DNA of 51,323 nucleotides, the filler included, from Catajapyx aquilonaris (taxonomy: Eukaryota): assembly GCA_000934665.2 (NCBI GenBank). It is 2 parts of 2 records of this genome, joined end to end, with 100 filler letters (N's around TTAATTAATTAA, not from the genome) between each part and the next. Parts side by side here need not be neighbours in the genome. Positions count along the whole stretch, not along the records: positions 1 to 25,666 come from JYFJ02005342.1; 1 more part is not named here. One strand, 5' to 3'. Shown here piece after piece: positions 1-11,897 of the stretch. The position numbers and the translations under genes were made by a program. Numbering within the stretch: position 1 is the first letter of the stretch; every line of letters begins with the position of its first letter. Under the pieces are notes generated by a model that was not told the origin of the DNA, made no database searches, and saw nothing but the letters and a program-made list of their open reading frames with translations.

Positions 1-239
1 CCCACCCACCCACCCACTCTGGATGGGAGGAGGAGGAGGAGGGGGCAGAGGGGGGAGGGGTGGACAGGGATACCAACCGAACGGTGGCAAAAATGGGAGC
101 AAATAAAAAAATTTGGCGAATTTTGTTGGCACCACTGCTTCACTTCCTGGTTTCAAAAAATGTGCTCTTGATGATGCATGATATTATTCCGGGCACTTAT
201 TCTGGAACCAGTTCTTCACGCGGGGTGTAACATATATAG

Positions 240-1230
240 GCACGACATTTGCATGCGATTGGGTATGAATAATTGATAAAAAAAATAATGGGTACAAAAT
301 TGATATGAAATGGGTATAAAATTAGCATGAAATTGGTAAATAGACCTATTTAATACCAATTTCATACCAATCGCATGCTAATTTTATACCTGTATAAAAT
401 TATGGTATGAAATTGATAAAAAATTTGTACAAAATATTATTGATATGAAATGAGTAAAATTAGCATGAAATTGGTATGAAATTTATAAAAATTGGTACAA
501 AATTGATATAAAATGGGTATAAAATGAGCATGAAATTTGTATGAAATTGGTATAAAATTACCATGAAATTGGTATGAAATTGGTATAAAATTACCATGCA
601 ATTTGCATGAAATTTATAAAAATGGGTACAAAATTGATATAAAACGGGTATAAAATGAGCATGAAATTGGTATAAAATTACCATGCAATTTGTATAAAAT
701 TGATAAAAATGGGTACAAAATTGATATAAAATGGGTATAGAATGAGCATGGAATTGGTATGAAATTGTCATAGAATGGGTATAAAATAAGCATGAAATTG
801 TCAGAATGGGTGTAAAATAAGCATGAAATTGGGATAAAATTGGTATAAAATGAGCATGAAATTGGGATAAAATTGATACAGCATGGATAAAAAATGAGCA
901 TGAAATGGGTATAAAATTGTTATATAATGGGTACGAATTGGTTATAAAATAGGTACGAAATGGGCATTAAATGGATATGAAATGAATAACACAGTGCAGC
1001 AAAACGAAACGACGATCTGACGCATCATTTCGTTCTCATGCAACAATAGGCGTAAACAATGTTCTTTTTGTTGACACGGTTTACTCATATTGTTGTGTGA
1101 CGATGACGTTAGATCGTCGTTTCGTTTTCCAGACTGTAGGAATAAAAATGAGTATAAAAATGTAGGTATAAAAATGAGCATAAAAATGTAGGTATAAAAA
1201 TGAGTATAAAAATAGGTGTAAAGGCACACC
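240..1230. repeat. AT-rich degenerate minisatellite (about 11-nt subunits such as GGTATAAAATT/GCATGAAATTG)
   Basis: Dozens of diverged copies of gggtataaaatgagcatgaaattggtat; a short inverted block at about 345-390; repetitive low-complexity ORF translations (YQFHTNF...). Confidence 0.9.
992..1136. mobile_element. Short MITE (Tc1/mariner-like ends CAGT...ACTG) inserted in the minisatellite
   Basis: 22-bp inverted repeat aaaacgaaacgacgatctgacg (1001-1022) / cgttagatcgtcgtttcgtttt (1107-1128), one mismatch; TA on right flank, CA on left. Confidence 0.6.
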
Positions 1231-1896
1231 TAATGGGGCAAAGAACCTGATCAAAATGATTTTTTTTTGGAGCCATAACAAGAGGATGAAAATCTGGGAA
1301 TCCTATTTACAGCCACACAAATCGAATCTACGAAACTGGCATTTTCTTGGAATAGGGTTCGACGAAGAACGCCGCTTTTGGCGGCCGCATCCTCCTATAT
1401 GGTATAGATTTTGTAAATTCACCCAATAGTTTAGCAGGTATTGGTTGAGCAAGGAGTGTTCATCGCATTCATATCGTGAAAATGTACGCTCCTTTTGTGA
1501 CCTGCGTACAATTCAGCCTCCTATTGTACAGTGCTCATTGTAATAATGCAAAAGAAATTGTTGCTCTGTATTGGTTCGCTTTCAGTGGTGCGATGGAAAA
1601 ATATCACTCTTCTAAGAAACAAACAAACTGTGCTTTTATATACCGACTATGTAAATTATGGCATTTTCCATAAAAAATATATGCAAAAGAAGTGAAAATA
1701 GTATGCAAACTAATCACATTTATAAGGTTAGGTATGCATGATCTACTGATTCGTAATAAATTCTATTGCGTACACATGATACGTAAACACACAATTACCC
1801 AACCTGCATACGAATAATCCGGGAGGAACTATTCACAGCGAGATTTATTAACAATGGTAGCTACAGTCCACTAAATGCAACAACAATCAATTTTTT

Positions 1897-2447
1897 TTAG
1901 TGTCCTCCACCTTCGTGGCCTTCCAGGTAGAAGCGGAGGCCGCAGTATCCACAAGCATGGTTGCCCGGCTGGTCCTGATGACAAAACAGCATTAGCCACT
2001 TGCTCATGACAATCAGTGCTAATTATTTTAGTTCCAGTTCAGCCAAATTACCAGGTTTATGTACACTTTAGGGTGTCCCAGTGGCCCGCCGCCTCCGTCG
2101 CACCACACGACCCGGTCCGTCCTGGGCTGCGGTGGGGCCTGGTTGATCAGGTCAATCGCAAACTGGGTGTTGACCTGCTTCGGCGTGGTCACAAACCGGG
2201 CCAGACGGTAGTCATCCTTGTCCCATTGCTGTAAAAGGTAATCAATGGAACATAATTATGTGAATGACACCTATTTGAGCTCCGATCTGACCTGCCCCGT
2301 GTGCGTGGTCTTATCTTCCGGCTCCCACTCGTACTTCTTCCCCCCCGAGGCCGCCCTGGAGGCCTGTCCGACCCCGGGCTTGGCCCTGGACAGGAGGGCA
2401 CCGCTTCGAAGCAGAAGAGAAGCAGCTGCTCCACTCCGGGCAGCCAT
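1897..2447 (-). CDS. NDUFS6: NADH dehydrogenase (ubiquinone) iron-sulfur protein 6, 3 exons (2447-2292, 2228-2052, 1974-1897)
   Basis: Spliced GT-AG translation gives presequence plus [18 protein letters not shown]...[35 protein letters not shown], the zf-CHCC signature of NDUFS6. Confidence 0.97.
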
Positions 2448-2632
2448 CTTGAAATACGCGATGCTCGTTTGTCACCTCCTTACGTCACGTGGAGCAGGAG
2501 TGCCAACCGGGATGGTGCCAACAGAAACTGTTTGTCCGGGGTGAGTCATCAGCCAGGTGCACGACCCTGAGAGTGGCAGTCGTATACAGATAGTTGGATA
2601 CGCCATCTGTGTGATGGATATGTAGATGAACT

Positions 2633-2978
2633 CAACCGAGTGCGCACCACAGTTCGCGCAGCGTGCACGGTTGGAATTAGTCTATCAATAATGAAAGTAC
2701 AACGGGGTGAGATTGTGCCAACGTAATATTTGGACAGCAATGCTGCCAGCGGGCGTAAAATAGCGAATTTCGGCATACATTGACGAGGAATGGTCAAGGT
2801 TGGCAATGATGAGTAACATTCGCGGCACTGTTATTGTCCAATAAATGCGCTGGCACAATCTCACCCCACCTGGCACAATCTGGGAATATGTGCAGCTTTC
2901 ATTTTACCAGTTCACACACTACGTAGCCAACCAGTGAGAGCTGCGCGAATTGTGCTGCGTACTCGGTTGCGCTCGTAA
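2633..2978. mobile_element. MITE-like element with about 42-bp inverted ends; further solo copies of the end at 3650-3682 and 6316-6363
   Basis: caaccgagtgcgcaccacagttcgcgcagcgtgcacggttgg (2633-2674) is reverse-complemented, imperfectly, at 2927-2969. Confidence 0.6.
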
Positions 2979-3162
2979 AAAATTCACTATTGTCAAACAA
3001 ATCGGGTAGTCCGCCGCAGTTATTTTCATGCTGTTTGATCGATGTCGCCTGATTTTTCGCTATTTGGCGCCCCATCAGAGATATTATTTTTGAAAAATGG
3101 AAATGGCATGATTTGAGTGGTGGCGGGCCACCATCTGCGAGGAATCTGATGGAGACGTCGCC

Positions 3163-5762
3163 ATGGACAAGTGGCCATCAGAAAAGGTTTGTTTATGTCG
3201 GCGCCGGCGCCTCGACAACTGGCGTGATCGATGCTGGAAGGGTGAGAGTTACAGGATGGTAGCAGCAAGGAGCCAGCAACTTACAAGGAGGAGGAGAAGA
3301 AGAAGATCATGGCCTTCCGACTGGACGACATCATCAACCGGAGGAAAGAGACGACGGCCATCTTGGACCTGTCCAGATGCAAGCTGTCCACCCGGGAAGA
3401 GTTCGAGAGAGCCTTCGAGAAGGTGCCCGAATACAGGATCAAGCCGGAGAAGGTACGTGCTGGCACACTAATTACATCATGTCAATGACCCGGTCTAATC
3501 ATCGGAGCAGACAGATTCAACAAATCTGTCTGATTGTTATCGCCTCTTATTAAAGCTATGTATACAGCACACCTGAAGCTCAAATTAGCCTGGCCAAGAG
3601 AGGCGCCTCACTCGAATGAGTAAGATATATATGATTTTTTTAAATAAAAGAGCGCAACCGAGTGCGCAACACAGTTCCCGCAAATTGTTTCCAACGCTAC
3701 GTTTGAGGGGGTCCGACTTTTGCGACGTTGTTCATACTCCAGCTGACCACAACTATACACAATGTAACACTGTCATCTCTCTTTCAGTCAAAATCATAGC
3801 GATAAGATCATGGACCTATATAACAGACCCGAAATAATTGAATGTATGCCATAAACATGTTTCGGCAATTTGTAATTATATGGTCCTTGTGACGTCCAAA
3901 ATGTCCTCGCGTGCTCCTACAGAAGGCAGCTGAATTTTGGCACGCTTCTTTATTAACAAGACGAGGAAAGGCCTTTTTATTTCCATGGAAGCCTTGCTGA
4001 CACTATCTCACGACACATATCGTGCGAATTTTATTTCTTTTAAAAAAAATCGCATGCAAAGGATCGATTTTCAACGCTTATTTAGTTCACTTAAACGATA
4101 ATTTTTTATATATATTTCCGACCGCGAGCCATCACACGAACTGCATGAGTCAATGAAAAACCACTGCGATTCCTGCCATCAACTACGCGTCACTTTAATG
4201 ACAGTTACTATAGTCACTAGTCAGGGAAACAATGTTCTTGGCATGGGTACGAAATGGGTATAAAATGGACAAGCAATCATACTATACTGTAGGCCTACTA
4301 CATATACATAGACAAAACATGTAGACTATTACATGTACACATACATAGACAATGCATATGTATTACATAGACAATACATATAGGTATTACATGCACATAG
4401 ATACAGCCAGATAGCCACAGTTGCTTTGGCTTCTTCCGAATAAACCTAAACATACATAGACAATACATATGTATTACATAGACACTACATATGTATTACA
4501 GAGACAGCACATATATGTATTACAGAGACAGCACATATATGTATTACATGCACACATACATAGACACTACATATGTAGTGTAGTGTAGTGTATTATACAT
4601 ATGTATTACATAAACAATACATAATTATGTATTACATGCACACATATATAGACAATACATATGTATTGCGTGTGTACATACATAGACTATACATACTATA
4701 TGCAGTACATGTATGAGTATATACATACATACAGTATGGACTGTACAAGTGTATCCTACATAATTATGTATTCGTACATGTAACACATACAGTACATTAT
4801 ATGACATTTTAATAATTGTTGGGTTATTAAAATTTTTGTTGAGTTTTACCTGCTCTTATTTGAGCCTAACAGACAATAGCAGAAAATAGAGGTAGACACT
4901 TGGCCATCTTCGCGTGTGCGGAAGTTTTACAGTCTTCGAATTAAGGAGAATATTTCGACCGAAATTGACAAATAGATGTCGTGAAGTTATTGACAAAAGG
5001 TGACATTTGAAGGCCTGAAATGCCCAGGTGGTTGTTGTGACAGGTACGCCCCGAGGACGCCCGTGTGCGAGACAATGAGTTCAGCTTCGCCAGTCGCAGC
5101 AGGACGACAACCAGGACCGGGAGTCCCGAGTTCCCCTTTCCGGACCCTGTACCGTCCAGCATGAGGGAGGTGAGGCTGGAGGACCTGAGCGCCGTGGACA
5201 TCAACTGGAGGATGCTGACCATGGCTCGACCCAAGACCAAGCTGGACGAGGAGGTCTTCAGCAGGCTGGTGGACCTAGGGAAGCTCAGGCTCAAGACCTG
5301 CCAGAGAGAGCAGGCCGCAGCTGCAGCGGCCATCGCAGCAGCTGCAGCCGCCGAAAAGTCAGGCAAGTACAATTAATATTGGCTCGAGTCTGACATCCCA
5401 TGGATGTCAGATGTTGGATATCTAGACGCGCACCAGTGATGGATATGGGTCCATTTGCAGGCAAGGCTGCTTCGGCTGCTGGTGGGTCAAAGGGCAGCGG
5501 TGGCAAAGGGGCAAAGAGCGCTCCTAAACCAGATGCACGTGCTGCATGTCGCGAGTGTGGTGAAGAGTTTTGTCTGGGCAGTTTGTGCAAGGAGTTTCCA
5601 TACGACTCGTACGCTCGTGCTCCGGCTGAAGGAGAAGAAGAAGATGGAGACAAGAAGAAGAAGGCCCAAGGGCTGTCCAAGAGACGGAAGAGGAAGAGAA
5701 GGAAGAAGAAGAAGGGCAGCAAAGGAAAGAGCAGACCTCAGACCGGAGTAGTAGTGTCTTGA
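3163..5762 (+). CDS. Uncharacterised protein with CxxCxxxxCxxxxC motif and Lys-rich tail; exons 3163-3186, 3255-3452, 5044-5362, 5461-5762
   Basis: Phase-compatible splice sites join GC-rich, coding-like segments (VDINWRMLTMARPKTKLDEEVFSRLVDLGKL; CRECGEEFCLGSLCKEFPYDSY); last intron needs a GC donor; first small exon is less certain. Confidence 0.75.
4290..4805. repeat. Intronic AT-rich minisatellite (acatagacaatacatatgtatt-like units)
   Basis: Repeated degenerate 22-30 nt units built from TACAT/ATGTA. Confidence 0.85.
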
Positions 5763-6985
5763 TCTGATATAAGCTGACCCCATCAGACGCTTCCAAAAAA
5801 AAAGAAACCTTGACACTATTTTTGTATATGGATCGTTGTAATGTATATAGAACCAACTATTTGCTCTATTCTTCCACGGACAATCTATTCATATGCCAAC
5901 TATTGGCTATTCTTGGGGAATTGAGGACGTTGGCAGTGCCTCTCTATAATGTACGAGTTATGTTATGAAATGAAGACATGCGAGTCCTACTTTTGGTCGA
6001 AACTGGGTTAACCATTGTGCGTATCGGTTTTGTCATATGTCAGAAAAATTATTGCGGGGAAAAAATTGACTTATAAGAAGGCAAGCTAAAAGGTCAAATT
6101 CCGACTTATCTTCCATATTCTCGGTGCTCTAAATCAACTCTGAGCTTTAATAATTGTGCTGTGATGTTAACTAATTGCCATAATAATTACTGAGCAAATG
6201 CCTGGTAATTGCATTGTTTACTAGCATTTGTTATACGTCACCATCCGGATTGTATATGTTCAGGAATAGGTTTCGGGAAGTTATTGATCACCTTGTAGCG
6301 TCGTATGACTTTTTATGAGCGCAACCGAGTGCGCAACACAGTTCGCGCAGCTTGCACGGTTGGCATTAACAATGATAGTTGGTGATCTCTCTATTATAGC
6401 CGCTCTCTATAGCCGCTCTCAGGGGGAAAGTTGTACTACATGCACGTTGGTGTTGAGTCAACAACGCATGTAGGGACAAAGTCACGCCTAGCCATTTCTA
6501 TATACGATTCGTAACGATCTGCTCCAAATTATCTGATTACTACACCATCCTATAACAGCCTTATTTCCTGATGAGAACATTTGAGGTCGTCGACACCACC
6601 TCCTTCTTTGCGTTTTCCATTGAGGAGAAGGGGGCAACAAGTGTCCCGCAGACTTCCTTTGATGCAACGGGGAGGGTTATTGGCACCTTGGTGGGGGGTG
6701 GTTTATAGTGTGGGTTGGATTTTATTTTATTTTTTAAAGAAAAAGGAGGGCAGGGGCTGGGAAGGGTGGGCAGGAGGACCCCATCGATCAACCCACCTTC
6801 TGGATGTGTGCGTGCAGAGACCAGCCAGGAAAAGAGAGGAATGGTGGTGGTGTAGTTGCTTGCTTGGGGAGGGTTTATACATATCGATTGGGTTACAAGT
6901 GTGGTGGTGGACAGTCCCAAGGAGGTCAACACACAGAGGAGACACATGCTGGAGGGGTAGTGCCTGGAGGAGGTCGCAGAGGTCA

Positions 6986-9900
6986 ATGGGACACATGGAG
7001 GTGACCAATCAGTTGACGCTGGTCCAGCAGAAGAAGTTGCAATGGGCGCAGGAAAGAGGTCAGTGCTGGGTTATTCACACTGGTCGTTTTTGAACTTATA
7101 ATTATATGATTATGTTCCAGAGATGCTGTCGAGACTGTCCAGTCCTTGGGGAAAGGGGAAAGCGACAGTGTCCACGTCCACTTTGCCTCCGATCGTCGGG
7201 AGCGTCGCGTCGCTTCGTGAGGACGGTGAGACGTCTGGATACCAGAGCGAGGCTACGGTCGACACGTCTCGTCGCAGCAGAAGCCCGCCCTCTTCTTTGC
7301 CCAGGGGCAGCCCCTGGGCGGCTGCGATGCGTCGCAGCTCACGGTTGGGATACTCGGGGTCTCGAAGCGACGACGAGCGTCGGGCTCGGTGGGGTGACAG
7401 AGGCATAGGCGTCGGGCACCTCTGGGAACCAGCGGCCGCCCCGGGTGCCAGACTGCCCCCTGCAGCACCCGAGGCCGCCCCGAGGCCGCCCCCGCACTGG
7501 GTTCGTCGCGGGCTCTCCAGGTTGCTGGCAGCCGAAATTGTTTCCAATACAGGTAATCTTTCTCCAAATAAAAGGCTTATTCTCTCCGTCTGATGTTTGT
7601 CCGACCTGATAGTACCGCGATCTCTCGCACGGGCAGGAGTGTGCAGAGAGAGTGTACGCCATCTATGCGTGAATAATAGTACTACGTGGTAAATTGGCGG
7701 GCCATACTGATAATACGTTTTGTCAAATTTTGGCAACTTGTTCACTAGTAGGCCACTTGATAATCTGCCCATGCGACCTAACCAGCAGAGTATTCCCTAT
7801 TAGTAACATAACCAGCAGGATGTTCCCTAATTTTAACATCATATTCGCATAATAACAGCATTCAACTATAGGTAAAGTTTACGTAATATTTTCAAGTGCT
7901 GTACTGCAGTGTCGTACTTCCGTCGATATTTGTTGCCCCATTTTACTGTGCTAATTGTGTGCGAGTGCAATAATCAATGGTCAAAAAAAACCCTCGTCCT
8001 TTGTGAACATGAGGACCTTGAAGGGACGGAAAATGCACTGTGGACGATACCAGTAATTGTTAATGCCCTCGGGTAATTCCCATGGCATGTGTCATCATCG
8101 TCGAAACATTTCGCATGATGGTATGTATCGTGATGACTTCTGGATACATTTCCGCTGAGGACGTTGCCTTTTTATTCGAGCGTCCTCTGATGAACCCACC
8201 GCATCGATCACTACTTAAGCTATATGCACTTAGCAAGAAAGGAGTGCGCTGGTCATGTACAAAATCATTACTTAGTAGGAAGTCGGCGGCATGTACAGTC
8301 CGTGCACAATAAGCGCACAATAATAAATAACACCAGCGATTGGCGAAGCCACAATAACGTTCGTTGGGCGGAGCCAGTTCTGCATATGATAAAAGGCAAG
8401 ATAAAAGGCAAAGGTTGTTTGTTTGTCCCGTGTGTGCTGGGTGTGAAATGGAGCTGGTTTATATGCTTGTCCAGTAGTGGTTTCCATGTGGATTAGAATT
8501 TTTGGCAGATTCGGCTGCTATTAATAACATAAATATTTATAGAAAGAAACTTTATCAGTGGGATACCAATGGCCCCCCTTTTTTTTGAAGGGCAATCGGT
8601 GTGATTTCCTGGAATCGGTGGCGTTACCCTCAGAAATTGAAGGTTTTTCCCCCATGGATTCCTTAGGATTTAACGGAGTCTACTATGTCTCTTTATAGCC
8701 TCTGTCCTTCCTTCCACCCCCATTGTAGAGCTGATAGAAGGTCGGGCGAATGTCGAGCTAAAATGGCAGGGCAGCAGGCGACAAGTTATAGTCGCGTGAC
8801 GCAAGGTTGGAGAGAGAAATGGCGATAAGAAAAGGGGGGGAAAAAAAAGTGTAAATGGGAGGGCGTTAATGGCAAAGGGTAAAGAGAGAGGGGGGGGGGG
8901 TTCTTTTTTTGGAGTGCTATTACAGGTGGTGAGGTGCAGTAAATGCAGGGAAAAAGTGCAGTAATCAAGACCTCAATTGGCAGTAAATCGGCAAAAAAAA
9001 AAGAGAGAGGGAAATCGATGGGGGTAAACGACCCACACTGTAACTTATCCTGAGAGTTAGGCCACACGTGAAACGTGCTCGAAGGGAAGTCGTTGCTTCA
9101 GGATAAATATAAACACATAAATAATCTATGAATTAATTATCATTTATTTATGAATGATTGAAAAATAAATAATAAATAACATTGATTAACACCTATAAAT
9201 AAATAAATAAATAATCTGTTAATCTATGAATTAATTATAATTTATTTATGAATGATTGAAAAATAAATAATAAATAACATTGATTAACACCTATAAATAA
9301 ATAAATAAATAATCTGTTAATCTATGAATTAATTATCATTTATTTATGAATGATTGAACAATGTAACATTGATTGATTGATTGATTGATTGAAAGTAGCA
9401 TACCGTATCTATTATATAAATAATACATATCATTTATTTTTGAATGACTCATTGATTGGTTTGATTGATTGATTGAATAACATTTATTAAATAAATAATG
9501 TTAATTTTTAATGATTGAAAATAAATAGCACATTGACTGAATGAATGAATAACATGTATTAATAAATATTGATAAATTGATTGAATAACATGTATTAAGA
9601 AATATCGATAAATTGATTGAATATCTATTTAATATAATTATATTAATAAATCGATTGAATATCATATCTATTAAATAAAATAGATAATATTCATTTTTGT
9701 ATTATTGAATAAATAAATAACACTTGAGTGAATACATTTTGTCGAAACTAATTAATAAATAACTTACGTGTTGGTTTGATTGAATAACATTTATTCTTAA
9801 TGATCGAAAATAATCAACATTTTATAGATGGAATGAATGAATATCATATCTGTTAAATAAATATTCATTGATTGATTTAATAACATATATATCTATCTGG

Positions 9901-11595
9901 TCGAATAAATAAATAAACTTGTTGAATGAATAACATACTGATTGATTGATTGAATAACATAAATTAATTAGATAAATCAATAAATGCTTTCCAGAATGCA
10001 GTTCATATTACTACATCCCTGGAGAAGCAACAGCTCTTGTCCACCACCTGGAGGATGAGGAGGAAGAGGACGAGGAGGACATGGAGGAAGCAGCACGACA
10101 CAGCCGGATATGGGAGAGGTGGCAGCAGCAGCAGCAGCAGCGTCGTCGGCGCAGACGTCGGAGCACCAAGGGCAACGGGGACGATGGCCCTGGTCCGGAC
10201 GTGGCCTCCAGGGTGCTGACCCCTACCAAATTCAGGGGGGTGACCAGCAGGCAGTCCAGAGACAGAGGGACTCAGACCGAGGCCCGCTGGTTGACTAGAG
10301 GGAGACGGAACGTGTCGTTGGCCACCGGGAGCGACAACGAGTCTTCTTCCAAGGGGAGTCCTCCGGAGGAAGGCACCATGAAGATCAGGTCGAGGTCTGA
10401 AGGCAGATGTCCCCTGGGTCAAGAACCACGGCCGCAGTGGGGAGCCAACAGGCCTCGACAGCAGTACCAGAAGCAATCAGAGAAGGACCCACACTACCAA
10501 AGGCGCCTTAGGAGGAGGCTCAGGCCGACCGCCACCAACAACGCAGCTCAGAAGGGCAATCCGTCCAGGGAAGTCCAGGTCGCTGAAGATGCATCCAGCG
10601 GAAGCAGCAGCCGGGACGTGTCGCCTGCGCCAAGAGCAACGAAACCAAAGCCTGTTGCGACCAAACCAACAAAATCGCTGCCATCCATGCCAGTGCCTTC
10701 CTGCCGCAGTCTTTCACCATCAGTGCCCACAATCCGGCAGAGGTTGCTGCTGGAAGAGGAAATTGCCTGCCGTCCACTGTCCACTTCCTCTGCTCCAGGA
10801 GCCAACTCTGAATCGCAGCAACCGACACATCTTCTGCTTCGATTGTCTTCCTTGAGAAAGGTCGGTTAATAATATTTCAATTAATTAAACATGTTATGAA
10901 AAAGATATTTTTCCAAATTATTCATGTATGTGGCTGGACAATAACGCATTCAATAAAAGCCATGCATGTTAGATAACACAGCGAGCAATGACACGGTGGC
11001 ACAAAACTCAATCTCGGGAGATCCACGAAAGCAAAAGGCCGTTATCGGGGTGAAGGACGAGTTATCTGGGTCCCGAATGCCATCAGATAAGGATGCGATT
11101 GGCATGTCAGTCGCCGTTGGGAAATATTCGATGCAGGTTTTCATCTCGTAAAAAAAAAAAGCAAAGGGAAAAATCGAGGGCGGGGGAAAGCAGTCAATAT
11201 TGTTAAACATACATCATACCTCTTTATTTGTCACCAAAAATATATATATTTTTTTTGTTATTGGTTCTCGACCACCCCCTTCAACATCACCACTTGATGG
11301 GGTGGAAATCAAAGATCACCAGCACAGGAATGCAAAGTACAAAAGTTTTGTTGTGTAGAAGGGAAATAAAATTTGTGTACAAAAAAAAACAACAAAAAGG
11401 CAATGATTCAGTATCATACAATTATATTAGATTCTATCTACTCCCCAAATGTTGAGCCCAACCGACAAAAAAAAAATAAAAGTTTTTTAAAAAATAAAAT
11501 AAATTGATCCGCATTTTTGTCCACAGGGTCTGAACCAGCAGCAGCGCCAGTGGGGCAGACCTGAGTCGCCTCCGCACGGAGGAGTCTCGTCATGA
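6986..11595 (+). CDS. Low-complexity protein with CCDC66/CSPP1-like motifs; exons 6986(or 6995)-7058, 7121-7552, 9995-10860, 11527-11595
   Basis: All junctions GT-AG and phase-compatible (1,1,0). N-terminal LVQQKKLQWAQERE, GETSGY, RWGDRG, RSLSPSVPTIR and C-terminal LLRLSSLRKGL resemble motifs recalled from arthropod CCDC66-like proteins; family call tentative. Confidence 0.6.
9124..9358. repeat. 98-bp near-perfect tandem repeat (about 2.4 copies) at the start of an AT-rich tract running to about 9985
   Basis: atctatgaattaatta restarts at 9124, 9222 and 9320. Confidence 0.9.
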
Positions 11596-11897
11596 AACCC
11601 TTGGAAAATCAGCGCCAGGATGTTTTTCAGTATTTTCCGTTTGTTTATTCTTCTGTCGGGGCCTCAGGTACAAGTTCGTTTTTTAAAAAAAATCCCCCGA
11701 ATCCTGAGACCCGACCCGGTCTCCTTCTGCACGATAGAAAAGTTCTTTGCATATCACCATAACCCATCCCTTCAACTTTGTCCCATCGTTTATTTTTTTA
11801 CTTCTTGCCAGCCTGCTGGCTTCATTTTCTCATTTCCCCACCGCCCCACAAAAAAATCCCACAAATCTCTCCAACAACATCGAAAATGTCTCTTTCT

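Noticed and set aside
460..1281. ORFs of 66-103 aa in the first 1.3 kb
   Set aside because: Translations of satellite DNA with repetitive low-complexity peptides.
6571..6708. 45-codon ORF MRTFEVVDTT upstream of the CCDC66-like gene
   Set aside because: No homology recognised and no splice path found that links it to the gene.
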